Part shown: positions 37,498 to 48,402 of the stretch, piece by piece | Numbering within the stretch: the first letter of the stretch is position 1 | Layout: each line of letters begins with the position of its first letter | NCBI RefSeq assembly: GCF_003334385.1 | Contig: NZ_QOWN01000017.1 | From: Escherichia coli | GTDB lineage: Bacteria; Pseudomonadota; Gammaproteobacteria; Enterobacterales; Enterobacteriaceae | Length of the DNA stretch: 64,000 nt | Direction: 5' to 3' (one strand) | The notes under the pieces: generated by a model | Database searches by the model: none | Seen by the model: only the letters and a program-made list of their open reading frames with translations | Told to the model about the DNA's origin: nothing | Position numbers and translations under genes: made by a program

Positions 37498-38445
37498 ATG
37501 CGTGTGTTACTGGCACCGATGGAGGGAGTGCTTGACTCTCTGGTGCGTGAATTGCTGACCGAAGTTAACGACTACGATCTGTGCATCACCGAGTTTGTCC
37601 GCGTGGTGGATCAACTGCTGCCGGTAAAAGTCTTTCATCGCATTTGCCCTGAGCTACAAAACGCCAGCCGGACACCATCTGGTACGCTGGTGCGCGTGCA
37701 GTTGTTAGGTCAGTTCCCACAATGGCTGGCAGAGAACGCCGCCCGTGCGGTGGAGTTAGGTTCCTGGGGCGTGGATCTCAATTGCGGCTGCCCGTCGAAA
37801 ACGGTTAACGGTAGCGGCGGCGGGGCGACGTTACTCAAAGATCCTGAACTCATCTACCAGGGTGCAAAAGCGATGCGTGAAGCTGTACCGGCGCATTTGC
37901 CCGTCAGCGTGAAAGTGCGTCTGGGCTGGGACAGCGGTGAGAAGAAATTTGAAATCGCCGATGCGGTTCAACAGGCTGGCGCTACGGAGCTGGTGGTGCA
38001 TGGGCGGACGAAAGAGCAGGGTTACCGCGCGGAGCATATTGACTGGCAGGCGATTGGCGATATTCGCCAGCGGCTGAATATTCCGGTGATTGCCAACGGT
38101 GAAATCTGGGACTGGCAGAGCGCGCAACAATGCATGGCGATCAGCGGTTGCGACGCAGTGATGATTGGTCGCGGGGCGCTCAATATTCCCAACCTGAGCC
38201 GGGTGGTAAAATATAACGAACCGCGAATGCCGTGGCCGGAGGTGGTTGCTTTGCTGCAAAAATATACCCGTCTGGAAAAGCAGGGCGATACCGGGTTATA
38301 TCACGTTGCGCGGATTAAACAGTGGTTGAGTTATTTGCGTAAAGAATACGATGAAGCAACGGAATTATTTCAGCATGTTCGGGTGTTGAATAATTCCCCT
38401 GATATTGCAAGGGCTATTCAGGCAATTGATATCGAGAAACTCTAA
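37498..38445 (+). CDS. dusC: tRNA-dihydrouridine(16) synthase DusC (315 aa)
   Basis: Start trimmed to ATG ([10 protein letters not shown]...); Dus TIM-barrel motifs. Confidence 0.93.
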
Positions 38446-38817
38446 AAAACCATAGTGATGTTTTTTGACAATGTGTTAGCTCTTTATCAATAGGCCGCAC
38501 GGTTGTTTGGTGGCGTCAAAATTGCCGAGGCGTTCCCTGAAGGCCGGGGCAGCCCACATGGATGTGGGCTGAGGGCGCGTTTTACAGGGATGTTACCTCG
38601 CGCCCGACCCGGTAGCCGTAAGGGATAAGTCGAGGGCACCGCGCAGCGGCGATTTTGTTCGCCAGAGCCCGGGGGTGCAGGGGGCGGCGGCGATTGGCCG
38701 CCCCCTGCGCGCTCCTTGCGCCAGTGATTATATGAAGCAATGCACATGACAGGAGCGCAACAGGATGAGAGACTGAAATATTCTCGTTATTTTCGGACCT
38801 GATGACATTAATTAATT

Positions 38818-38901
38818 TTAAAATATCATCTTAAATACGCCAGTCACCACCAGTAGCCCAATCAGGAAAATAATCAATACAGCCCAGAGTATAATTTTCA
38901 T
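38818..38901 (-). CDS. yohP: Small membrane protein YohP (27 aa)
   Basis: Not in ORF track; direct translation gives MKIILWAVLIIFLIGLLVVTGVFKMIF, matching YohP from memory. Confidence 0.8.
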   Translation of the reverse strand: MKIILWAVLIIFLIGLLVVTGVFKMIF

Positions 38902-39124
38902 TGGCGTTCCTTTATTTGTGAGTGCTGAATAAGTATAGGAAAAAACGAAGCCCTTTGCCGTTATCCATAAACGATTAAGATAAATCGGAAGATATCATTC
39001 ACTTAGTGTATATTTTTCTGGATATGTCGTTTTATTGCCACTGATGTATTGCCACGCGAAACTAAAAAATATATCGCAACACACGGTAATCTCCGCGCAC
39101 CTTTTCTTACCTGATTATTCCCCC

Positions 39125-40561
39125 ATGAATCGTGATTCCTTTTATCCAGCCATCGCCTGTTTTCCGCTGTTACTGATGCTGGCCGGGTGTGCGCCTATGC
39201 ATGAAACCCGCCAGGCGTTAAGCCAGCAAACGCCCGCTGCACAAGTTGACACCGCATTACCCACGGCGCTGAAAAATGGTTGGCCAGACAGCCAATGGTG
39301 GCTGGAGTATCACGATAATCAACTCACTTCCTTAATTAACAATGCACTACAGAACGCACCGGATATGCAGGTGGCTGAACAGCGCATTCAGCTAGCTGAA
39401 GCCCAGGCGAAGGCAGTTGCCACTCAGGATGGTCCGCAGATCGACTTTTCGGCGGATATGGAGCGGCAAAAAATGTCGGCAGAAGGCTTAATGGGGCCGT
39501 TTGCTCTGAACGATCCGGCCGCAGGTACGACCGGCCCGTGGTACACCAACGGTACTTTTGGCTTAACGGCGGGCTGGCATCTCGATATCTGGGGAAAGAA
39601 TCGGGCGGAGGTTACTGCCCGCCTGGGTACGGTTAAAGCACGGGCGGCGGAACGCGAGCAAACCCGCCAATTGCTGGCTGGCAGCGTAGCCCGCCTGTAC
39701 TGGGAGTGGCAAACCCAGGCGGCGTTAAACACGGTCTTGCAGCAAATAGAAAAAGAGCAGAACACCATTATCGCGACCGATCGCCAGCTATATCAGAACG
39801 GGATTACTTCTTCAGTTGAAGGTGTGGAAACCGATATTAATGCCAGCAAAACCCGGCAGCAGCTCAACGATGTCGCGGGGAAAATGAAAATTATTGAGGC
39901 ACGGTTAAGCGCACTTACAAATAACCAGACAAAGTCATTGAAGCTTAAACCGGTCGCGTTGCCGAAAGTGGCAAGCCAGCTTCCTGATGAACTGGGGTAC
40001 TCCTTACTGGCCCGGCGGGCAGATTTGCAGGCGGCGCACTGGTACGTTGAGTCATCGCTAAGCACCATTGATGCGGCAAAAGCGGCATTTTATCCTGACA
40101 TCAACCTGATGGCCTTCCTGCAACAGGATGCGTTGCACTTAAGCGATCTGTTCCGTCATTCCGCGCAGCAAATGGGCGTTACGGCAGGCCTGACGCTACC
40201 CATTTTCGATAGTGGTCGTCTTAACGCCAATCTCGATATCGCAAAAGCCGAAAGCAACTTGTCTATCGCCAGCTACAACAAAGCGGTGGTTGAAGCGGTG
40301 AATGACGTGGCGCGGGCAGCCAGTCAGGTTCAGACACTGGCGGAGAAAAACCAGCATCAGGCGCAAATTGAGCGCGATGCCTTGCGTGTGGTAGGTCTTG
40401 CGCAGGCGCGCTTTAACGCGGGCATCATTGCTGGTTCCCGCGTCAGCGAAGCCAGAATCCCCGCGCTGCGTGAGCGGGCCAATGGCCTGTTATTGCAAGG
40501 GCAGTGGCTGGATGCCTCCATTCAACTCACTGGTGCGTTGGGCGGGGGTTACAAACGCTGA
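39125..40561 (+). CDS. mdtQ: Outer-membrane efflux lipoprotein MdtQ (OMF family), intact 478-aa reading frame
   Basis: Start at ATG (MNRDSFYPAIACFPLLLMLAGC, lipobox LAGC); single uninterrupted ORF. Confidence 0.85.
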   Translation: MNRDSFYPAIACFPLLLMLAGCAPMHETRQALSQQTPAAQVDTALPTALKNGWPDSQWWLEYHDNQLTSLINNALQNAPDMQVAEQRIQLAEAQAKAVATQDGPQIDFSADMERQKMSAEGLMGPFALNDPAAGTTGPWYTNGTFGLTAGWHLDIWGKNRAEVTARLGTVKARAAEREQTRQLLAGSVARLYWEWQTQAALNTVLQQIEKEQNTIIATDRQLYQNGITSSVEGVETDINASKTRQQLNDVAGKMKIIEARLSALTNNQTKSLKLKPVALPKVASQLPDELGYSLLARRADLQAAHWYVESSLSTIDAAKAAFYPDINLMAFLQQDALHLSDLFRHSAQQMGVTAGLTLPIFDSGRLNANLDIAKAESNLSIASYNKAVVEAVNDVARAASQVQTLAEKNQHQAQIERDALRVVGLAQARFNAGIIAGSRVSEARIPALRERANGLLLQGQWLDASIQLTGALGGGYKR

Positions 40562-40613
40562 TGATATGCGCCTTCTATACTTAACGTTTATTCAGCGTTA
40601 AGTGGAGAACTCG

Positions 40614-41375
40614 ATGGCACAGGTTGCGATTATTACCGCCTCCGATTCGGGGATCGGCAAAGAGTGCGCGTTATTACTGGCGCAGCAGGGGTTTGATATT
40701 GGTATTACCTGGCACTCAGATGAAGAAGGGGCAAAAGATACCGCGCGTGAGGTAGTTAGCCACGGCGTACGTGCGGAGATCGTGCAGCTGGATCTCGGCA
40801 ATCTACCAGAAGGGGCACTGGCTCTGGAGAAACTCATTCAACGGCTGGGGCGCATTGATGTGCTGGTGAATAATGCGGGTGCAATGACCAAAGCGCCGTT
40901 TCTTGATATGGCTTTTGATGAGTGGCGCAAGATTTTTACCGTTGATGTCGATGGTGCATTCTTATGCTCGCAAATTGCGGCTCGTCAGATGGTGAAACAA
41001 GGGCAGGGCGGTCGCATCATCAACATTACGTCGGTACATGAACATACGCCGCTGCCGGATGCCAGCGCCTACACAGCCGCTAAACATGCGCTCGGTGGGT
41101 TAACCAAAGCGATGGCGCTGGAGCTGGTCAGGCATAAGATTTTGGTGAACGCAGTCGCGCCTGGGGCGATCGCCACGCCAATGAATGGCATGGATGACAG
41201 CGACGTGAAGCCCGACGCGGAGCCTTCGATTCCCTTGCGGCGTTTTGGCGCAACGCATGAGATTGCCAGCCTGGTGGTGTGGCTTTGTTCGGAGGGCGCA
41301 AATTACACCACCGGGCAGTCGTTGATAGTGGATGGCGGCTTTATGTTGGCGAATCCACAGTTCAACCCAGAATAG
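40614..41375 (+). CDS. yohF: Short-chain dehydrogenase/reductase YohF (253 aa)
   Basis: Start at ATG (MAQVAIITASDSGIGK, Rossmann TGxxxGIG). Confidence 0.9.
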   Translation: MAQVAIITASDSGIGKECALLLAQQGFDIGITWHSDEEGAKDTAREVVSHGVRAEIVQLDLGNLPEGALALEKLIQRLGRIDVLVNNAGAMTKAPFLDMAFDEWRKIFTVDVDGAFLCSQIAARQMVKQGQGGRIINITSVHEHTPLPDASAYTAAKHALGGLTKAMALELVRHKILVNAVAPGAIATPMNGMDDSDVKPDAEPSIPLRRFGATHEIASLVVWLCSEGANYTTGQSLIVDGGFMLANPQFNPE

Positions 41376-41427
41376 CGCAGTGAGGTGCGTGGATATTTCA
41401 TTGGGTAATATTTTGGTCGGCATGAAA

Positions 41428-41497
41428 AGACGCACAAGCGTCGTATCAGGCATGGTACTCCGGATGTCGGATGCGGCGCGAACGCCTTATCCAGGGC
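41428..41497. repeat. REP-like element
   Basis: cggatgtcggatgcggcgcgaacgccttatcc between yohF and yohD. Confidence 0.6.
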
Positions 41498-41504
41498 AAT
41501 GGTT

Positions 41505-42083
41505 TTACGCCTGATGATCCGGCTTTTTCTTCCCGCGTCGTTTCAGCCACCAGCGCACGCCCACCACCAGAACCACGACCAGAATCAACCAGACCCAGTG
41601 CTTCAAATGCTGGTCGAGATTGTGCAACCACGGCGCAATCACCTGACCACCAGCGTAACCAATAGTGGTAAAAATCAACGCCCAGGCAAATGCGCCGAGA
41701 ATATTCAGCGGCAGAAAGATTTTCGGCGGCAGCTGGCTGGCACCAATCAGCGTCGGGCCAATCACCCGAAAGCCATACATAAAGCGCGTACCAATGACAA
41801 ACAGATACGGATGGCGTTGGATAAGTTTCTGCGCCCGCTCAATTTTATCCTGATGTTTCGAGAAACGGCGTAACAGCTTGCCGCCAAACCGCCGCCCGCA
41901 CAGATAGAGCACCTGGTCGCCAATCATGCCGCCAAGCGCCACAGAAAGTACCACCAGCGGGAACTTTAATAGCCCCTGATGCGCCGCAACGCCTCCCAGC
42001 AAAGTCACGGTTTCACCTTCCGCCAGGCTACCGATCACCAGCGCGGCATAACCATATTGTGAGATAAGTGTATTGAGATCCAT
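41505..42083 (-). CDS. yohD: DedA-family inner membrane protein YohD (192 aa)
   Basis: Start trimmed to ATG (MDLNTLISQYGYAALV...). Confidence 0.9.
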   Translation of the reverse strand: MDLNTLISQYGYAALVIGSLAEGETVTLLGGVAAHQGLLKFPLVVLSVALGGMIGDQVLYLCGRRFGGKLLRRFSKHQDKIERAQKLIQRHPYLFVIGTRFMYGFRVIGPTLIGASQLPPKIFLPLNILGAFAWALIFTTIGYAGGQVIAPWLHNLDQHLKHWVWLILVVVLVVGVRWWLKRRGKKKPDHQA

Positions 42084-42252
42084 AGGCCAGTCTGTCTCCC
42101 TTTGGTTGCCAGTAAGCATACACCCTGTGAATCATTCACGCTGAAAAAGGACGTTCATCAGACAGTGAAAATTACATGGGCGAACAAAAAATAATCACAA
42201 GCTGACTTATACTTGAACTGTCAGGTTCATGAACTCACAACAAGGGGGCGGT

Positions 42253-42840
42253 ATGAGCCATGTCTGGGGACTGTTTTCCCATCCCGATCGTGAAATGCAG
42301 GTGATTAATCGCGAAAACGAAACGATTTCTCACCATTACACCCACCACGTTTTGCTGATGGCGGCGATTCCGGTGATTTGCGCCTTCATTGGCACTACAC
42401 AGATTGGCTGGAATTTTGGCGATGGCACTATCCTGAAGTTATCCTGGTTTACCGGACTGGCGCTGGCTGTCTTGTTTTACGGCGTTATGCTGGCTGGGGT
42501 CGCGGTGATGGGGCGGGTCATCTGGTGGATGGCGCGTAATTATCCGCAGCGTCCGTCACTTGCGCACTGCATGGTCTTCGCGGGCTACGTTGCAACTCCG
42601 CTGTTTTTAAGCGGTCTGGTGGCGCTTTATCCACTGGTCTGGTTGTGTGCGCTGGTCGGCACGGTGGCGCTGTTTTACACCGGCTACCTGCTTTACCTTG
42701 GTATTCCGAGCTTCCTGAATATCAACAAAGAGGAAGGCCTTAGCTTCTCTAGTTCGACGCTGGCGATTGGCGTGCTGGTACTGGAAGTGCTGCTCGCCCT
42801 AACCGTTATACTATGGGGCTACGGTTATCGTTTGTTCTAG
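42253..42840 (+). CDS. yohC: Yip1-family inner membrane protein YohC (195 aa)
   Basis: Start trimmed to ATG (MSHVWGLFSHP...). Confidence 0.9.
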   Translation: MSHVWGLFSHPDREMQVINRENETISHHYTHHVLLMAAIPVICAFIGTTQIGWNFGDGTILKLSWFTGLALAVLFYGVMLAGVAVMGRVIWWMARNYPQRPSLAHCMVFAGYVATPLFLSGLVALYPLVWLCALVGTVALFYTGYLLYLGIPSFLNINKEEGLSFSSSTLAIGVLVLEVLLALTVILWGYGYRLF

Positions 42841-43013
42841 AAAGTTCTTTGACGTTGCATTGCTGGCGTAAATGTCAGCAATGCAGCATTTCCTCACGAT
42901 TCTCCTTTGACGATCGCACTTTTTGCTCGTTATGATGGCGTCGCTAGCCTCAGTAAATCCTTACTCCGGCGGTGCGCAACCCGTGCGCGTGAACCACTAT
43001 CTGAATGCTCATC

Positions 43014-43946
43014 ATGCCGAAATTTCGAGTTTCTTTATTTAGCCTGGCCCTGATGCTGGCTGTGCCTTTTGCACCGCAGGCCGTTGCGAAAACGGCAGCC
43101 GCTACCACCGCTTCACAACCGGAAATTGCCTCCGGTAGCGCGATGATTGTTGATCTGAATACCAACAAAGTGATCTATTCGAACCACCCGGATCTGGTGC
43201 GTCCGATTGCGTCTATCAGCAAATTAATGACCGCGATGGTTGTGCTGGATGCACGACTGCCGCTGGATGAAAAACTAAAAGTGGATATCAGCCAGACGCC
43301 GGAGATGAAAGGGGTCTATTCGCGCGTACGACTGAATAGCGAAATCAGCCGTAAAGATATGCTGTTGCTGGCGCTGATGTCTTCAGAAAACCGCGCGGCG
43401 GCAAGCCTTGCGCACCATTATCCCGGTGGTTACAAAGCCTTTATTAAGGCAATGAATGCGAAAGCGAAATCGCTCGGAATGAACAACACGCGCTTTGTTG
43501 AACCTACCGGATTGTCGGTGCATAACGTTTCAACTGCCCGTGACTTAACCAAACTGCTCATTGCCAGCAAACAATATCCGTTGATCGGGCAGTTAAGTAC
43601 TACCCGGGAAGATATGGCAACCTTCTCTAATCCGACGTATACGCTGCCGTTCCGCAATACTAATCATCTGGTGTATCGCGATAACTGGAATATTCAGTTA
43701 ACCAAAACCGGCTTTACCAATGCGGCGGGCCATTGTCTGGTGATGCGTACGGTTATCAATAATAAACCGGTGGCGCTGGTAGTGATGGACGCGTTTGGCA
43801 AATATACCCATTTTGCCGATGCCAGCCGCCTGCGTACCTGGATTGAAACCGGTAAAGTGATGCCTGTGCCGGCAGCAGCGTTGAGCTATAAAAAACAAAA
43901 AGCCGCCCAAATGGCGGCGGCGGGGCAGACGGCACAGAACGATTAA
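43014..43946 (+). CDS. pbpG: D-alanyl-D-alanine endopeptidase PBP7
   Basis: Start at ATG ([10 protein letters not shown]...), signal peptide, SxxK motif (SISK). Confidence 0.93.
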
Positions 43947-43953
43947 GTGAATT

Positions 43954-43986
43954 CGGATGGCGATACTCTGCCATCCGTAATTTTTA
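43954..43986. terminator. Hairpin terminator shared by convergent pbpG and dld
   Basis: CGGATGG-10 nt loop-CCATCCG followed by TAATTTTT; the dld stop lies within the T-run. Confidence 0.65.
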
Positions 43987-45699
43987 CTCCACTTCCTGCC
44001 AGTTTTTCCGTTTACTGGTTTTACCGATCCCCGGATTCATGCTGTTGGTCGGATCGTTCTCGCGATAGAACTTCTGCAACGTCTCCGGTGCTTTATACAA
44101 ATGACCGACGTTATGCTCGGCAGGGTACTGCGCGCCGCGCTGCTGTAGCAGTTCCAGCATCTGTTCTTTTAACGCATGCACATCCACGCCTTTTTTCACT
44201 ATGTAATCCTGATGGAAGACATAGCACATAAAATGGCCGTAATAGAGCTTGTGCACCAGCTGGCTGTCGATCTCCGGCGGTAAATGCTCATACCACTCGG
44301 TGTCGTTACGCCGCAGAGCGATATCCAACGCCAGAATGTCTTCGACTTCATCGGAATGCACCGCCTGATAACGAATTGCTGCGCCCGCAGCGGCGAAACG
44401 GTGTAAAAACGCTTTGCTGCCTTCCTCCGGCGTACAGACAAAGAAATCGCCTTCGGCCTGTTTGAAATAATCCACCAGCCACGATTTGGCTTCGCCCACG
44501 CCATCGCCCGCCATTTTTAACAGCAGATGATGCTCGTATTTATCGCGCCAGTTTTTCATGCGCGGCGGTAAATGGCTGGGGAACAGGTGACCGAATTTTT
44601 GCATCGCACGGTCAGTAAAATGCGGACGGAAGAATTTCACTTTCTCCAGCATCGCATCGGTGCGTCCCTTGAGATTAAAGAAGAACGGCATCTTGTCGGT
44701 GCCTAACTTATCAATCATCAGGAAGGTGTCTTTGCCGTATTTTTCCGCAATATCGTAGATATTCCGGTGCATATATTCCCCGGCAACCGGCAGATTTTCG
44801 AAGTTAGCCAGAATATGACGGCGGATTTCGGTCAGCACTTCCGGCTGGTTGGTGCCGATATAAAACACCTGCTGATTTTTTTCCGCTTCGAAGGTATCAA
44901 GACGTACTGCAAAGACCGCCAGCTTCCCGGCGCAACCAGAAGATTCAAATAACCGATCAGGATCGGCGTTATAACGTGCGGGCGTGTCGGCTTCAATATC
45001 ACGAACGCGGTGGACATAGTCATAATCGTGGGCGTGACGACCATCGTGACGCACATCGTCATCTTTGATGCGATCATCATCCAGCTTGCTAAGGATCTGC
45101 TCCGGCGTTTCGCCCAGATCAATCCCCAGATGGTTCACCAGCGTCAGTTTGCCGTCTTCATTTATACGCGCGAATAACGACATTTCGGTATACGCCGGGC
45201 CACGTTGCACCAGCGAGCCGCCGGAGTTGTTACAAATACCGCCGATGACCGATGCGCCTATACACGATGATCCAATCACTGAGTGCGGTTCGCGTCCCAG
45301 CGGTTTGAGGGCTTTTTCCAGCGAATAGAGCGTGGTGCCCGGATAGGCCAGCACCTGTTCGCCCTTGCCAAGAACGTGCAGCTTGTCGAGACGCAGGGTG
45401 CTGATGATAACGACATCGCGATCATAATCGTTACCGTTTGGCGTCGATCCTTCGGTCAGGCCTGTATTGGCGGCCTGCATCAGAATAATTTTGTCGGCGG
45501 TGACGCAGGCTTTCAGCACCCGCCACAATTCTAGTAGTGAGCCAGGGAAAACGACAGCCAGCGCGTCGCCCTGACCAGAACGGAAGCCCTTGCGATAGCG
45601 GGCCGTTTTTGCGGGATCGGTGAGCAGGTGTGAAGAACCCACCAGACGAGCAAGTTCATTCAAAAAGGCTTTATTATCAGTTGTTGTCATGGAAGACAT
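43984..45699 (-). CDS. dld: FAD-dependent D-lactate dehydrogenase (571 aa)
   Basis: Start trimmed to ATG (MSSMTTTDNKAFLNEL...). Confidence 0.93.
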   Translation of the reverse strand: MSSMTTTDNKAFLNELARLVGSSHLLTDPAKTARYRKGFRSGQGDALAVVFPGSLLELWRVLKACVTADKIILMQAANTGLTEGSTPNGNDYDRDVVIISTLRLDKLHVLGKGEQVLAYPGTTLYSLEKALKPLGREPHSVIGSSCIGASVIGGICNNSGGSLVQRGPAYTEMSLFARINEDGKLTLVNHLGIDLGETPEQILSKLDDDRIKDDDVRHDGRHAHDYDYVHRVRDIEADTPARYNADPDRLFESSGCAGKLAVFAVRLDTFEAEKNQQVFYIGTNQPEVLTEIRRHILANFENLPVAGEYMHRNIYDIAEKYGKDTFLMIDKLGTDKMPFFFNLKGRTDAMLEKVKFFRPHFTDRAMQKFGHLFPSHLPPRMKNWRDKYEHHLLLKMAGDGVGEAKSWLVDYFKQAEGDFFVCTPEEGSKAFLHRFAAAGAAIRYQAVHSDEVEDILALDIALRRNDTEWYEHLPPEIDSQLVHKLYYGHFMCYVFHQDYIVKKGVDVHALKEQMLELLQQRGAQYPAEHNVGHLYKAPETLQKFYRENDPTNSMNPGIGKTSKRKNWQEVE

Positions 45700-45894
45700 T
45701 TTCCACTCCTTGTGGTGGCGAAAAAATATCACAAACTAGAATAGCGCCTTGTATAACAATTCAGCGAGTGAATATTTTGAAAATTCAGACAATAAACTGA
45801 GCATTCTTTTTCTCTCTCCATCATGCTTATGGCAAACTACGGTTTTTGCACCATTTTCGCTGCCACGTCGGGCAACAAAGGAAGAAAAATCCAT

Positions 45895-48192
45895 ATGAAA
45901 TGGCTATGTTCAGTAGGAATCGCGGTGAGTCTGGCCCTGCAGCCAGCACTGGCGGATGATTTATTCGGCAACCATCCATTAACGCCCGAAGCGCGGGATG
46001 CGTTCGTCACCGAACTGCTTAAGAAAATGACAGTTGATGAGAAAATTGGTCAGCTGCGCTTAATCAGCGTCGGCCCGGATAACCCGAAAGAGGCGATCCG
46101 CGAGATGATCAAAGACGGTCAGGTTGGGGCGATTTTCAACACCGTAACCCGTCAGGATATCCGCGCCATGCAGGATCAGGTGATGGAATTAAGCCGCCTG
46201 AAAATTCCTCTTTTCTTTGCTTACGACGTGCTGCACGGTCAGCGCACGGTGTTCCCGATTAGCCTCGGTCTGGCCTCGTCTTTTAACCTCGATGCAGTGA
46301 AAACGGTCGGACGTGTCTCTGCTTATGAAGCGGCAGATGATGGCCTGAATATGACCTGGGCACCGATGGTCGATGTCTCGCGCGATCCGCGCTGGGGACG
46401 TGCTTCCGAAGGTTTTGGCGAAGATACGTATCTCACCTCAACAATGGGTAAAACCATGGTGGAAGCGATGCAGGGTAAAAGCCCGGCAGATCGCTACTCG
46501 GTGATGACCAGCGTCAAACACTTTGCCGCATACGGCGCGGTAGAAGGCGGTAAAGAGTACAACACCGTCGATATGAGTCCGCAGCGCCTGTTTAATGATT
46601 ATATGCCGCCGTACAAAGCGGGGCTGGACGCAGGCAGCGGCGCGGTGATGGTGGCGCTGAACTCGCTGAACGGCACGCCAGCCACCTCCGATTCCTGGCT
46701 GCTGAAAGATGTTCTGCGCGACCAGTGGGGCTTTAAAGGCATCACCGTTTCCGATCACGGTGCAATCAAAGAGCTGATTAAACATGGCACGGCGGCAGAC
46801 CCGGAAGATGCGGTGCGCGTGGCGCTGAAATCCGGAATCAACATGAGCATGAGCGACGAGTACTACTCGAAGTATCTGCCTGGGTTGATTAAATCCGGCA
46901 AAGTGACGATGGCAGAGCTGGACGATGCTGCCCGCCATGTACTGAACGTTAAATATGATATGGGGTTGTTTAACGACCCATACAGCCATTTGGGGCCGAA
47001 AGAGTCTGACCCGGTGGATACCAATGCCGAAAGCCGCCTGCACCGTAAAGAAGCGCGTGAAGTGGCGCGCGAAAGCTTGGTGTTGCTGAAAAACCGTCTC
47101 GAAACGTTACCGCTGAAAAAATCGGCCACCATTGCGGTGGTTGGGCCACTGGCGGACAGTAAACGTGACGTGATGGGCAGCTGGTCCGCAGCCGGTGTTG
47201 CCGATCAATCCGTGACCGTACTGACCGGGATTAAAAATGCCGTCGGTGAAAACGGTAAAGTGCTGTATGCCAAAGGGGCGAACGTTACCAGTGACAAAGG
47301 CATTATCGATTTCCTGAATCAGTATGAAGAAGCGGTCAAAGTCGATCCGCGTTCGCCGCAAGAGATGATTGATGAAGCGGTGCAGACGGCGAAACAATCT
47401 GATGTGGTGGTGGCTGTAGTCGGTGAAGCACAGGGGATGGCGCACGAAGCCTCCAGCCGGACCGATATCACTATTCCGCAAAGCCAACGTGACTTGATTG
47501 CGGCGCTGAAAGCCACCGGTAAACCGCTGGTGCTGGTGCTGATGAACGGGCGTCCGCTGGCGCTGGTGAAAGAAGATCAGCAGGCTGATGCGATTCTGGA
47601 AACCTGGTTTGCGGGGACTGAAGGCGGTAATGCAATTGCCGATGTATTGTTTGGCGATTACAACCCGTCCGGCAAGCTGCCAATGTCCTTCCCGCGTTCT
47701 GTCGGGCAGATCCCGGTGTACTACAGCCATCTGAATACCGGTCGCCCGTATAATGCCGACAAGCCGAACAAATACACTTCGCGTTATTTTGATGAAGCTA
47801 ACGGGGCGTTGTATCCGTTCGGCTATGGGCTGAGCTACACCACTTTCACCGTCTCTGATGTGAAACTTTCTGCGCCGACCATGAAGCGTGACGGCAAAGT
47901 GACTGCCAGCGTGCAGGTGACGAACACCGGTAAGCGCGAGGGTGCCACGGTAGTGCAGATGTACTTGCAGGATGTGACGGCTTCCATGAGTCGCCCTGTG
48001 AAACAGCTGAAAGGCTTTGAGAAAATCACCCTGAAACCGGGCGAAACTCAGACTGTCAGCTTCCCGATCGATATTGAGGCGCTGAAGTTCTGGAATCAAC
48101 AGATGAAATATGACGCCGAGCCTGGCAAGTTCAATGTCTTTATCGGCACTGATTCCGCACGCGTTAAGAAAGGCGAGTTTGAGTTGCTGTAA
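45895..48192 (+). CDS. bglX: Periplasmic beta-glucosidase BglX (GH3; 765 aa)
   Basis: Start at ATG (MKWLCSVGIAVSLALQPALA signal peptide). Confidence 0.93.
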   Translation: MKWLCSVGIAVSLALQPALADDLFGNHPLTPEARDAFVTELLKKMTVDEKIGQLRLISVGPDNPKEAIREMIKDGQVGAIFNTVTRQDIRAMQDQVMELSRLKIPLFFAYDVLHGQRTVFPISLGLASSFNLDAVKTVGRVSAYEAADDGLNMTWAPMVDVSRDPRWGRASEGFGEDTYLTSTMGKTMVEAMQGKSPADRYSVMTSVKHFAAYGAVEGGKEYNTVDMSPQRLFNDYMPPYKAGLDAGSGAVMVALNSLNGTPATSDSWLLKDVLRDQWGFKGITVSDHGAIKELIKHGTAADPEDAVRVALKSGINMSMSDEYYSKYLPGLIKSGKVTMAELDDAARHVLNVKYDMGLFNDPYSHLGPKESDPVDTNAESRLHRKEAREVARESLVLLKNRLETLPLKKSATIAVVGPLADSKRDVMGSWSAAGVADQSVTVLTGIKNAVGENGKVLYAKGANVTSDKGIIDFLNQYEEAVKVDPRSPQEMIDEAVQTAKQSDVVVAVVGEAQGMAHEASSRTDITIPQSQRDLIAALKATGKPLVLVLMNGRPLALVKEDQQADAILETWFAGTEGGNAIADVLFGDYNPSGKLPMSFPRSVGQIPVYYSHLNTGRPYNADKPNKYTSRYFDEANGALYPFGYGLSYTTFTVSDVKLSAPTMKRDGKVTASVQVTNTGKREGATVVQMYLQDVTASMSRPVKQLKGFEKITLKPGETQTVSFPIDIEALKFWNQQMKYDAEPGKFNVFIGTDSARVKKGEFELL

Positions 48193-48224
48193 TGCTTTAG
48201 TAAGGGCGCGACGTTTGCGCCCTT

Positions 48225-48260
48225 TGTAGGCCGGATAAGGCGCTCGCGCCGCATCCGGCA
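48225..48260. repeat. REP element
   Basis: tgtaggccggataaggcgctcgcgccgcatccggca, preceded by GGGCGC/GCGCCC hairpin at 48204..48222. Confidence 0.8.
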
Positions 48261-48402
48261 GGAAACGCCGGACCGAATATGCCTCTTAAGTATTTATCTG
48301 ATTCTGCAACTGAATCCTTCCGCTCAAGCTAACCCCGCCATTATCAACTATGCTTTTCTCTTAATTCGCTGAAAACAACAGTAAAAGAATGAGGAAAGCA
48401 TC

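Noticed and set aside
38487-38747. 86-aa minus-strand ORF in the dusC-yohP intergenic region
   Set aside because: Pro/Gly/Arg-rich low-complexity translation of GC-rich hairpin DNA; more likely a structured non-coding element (see finding).
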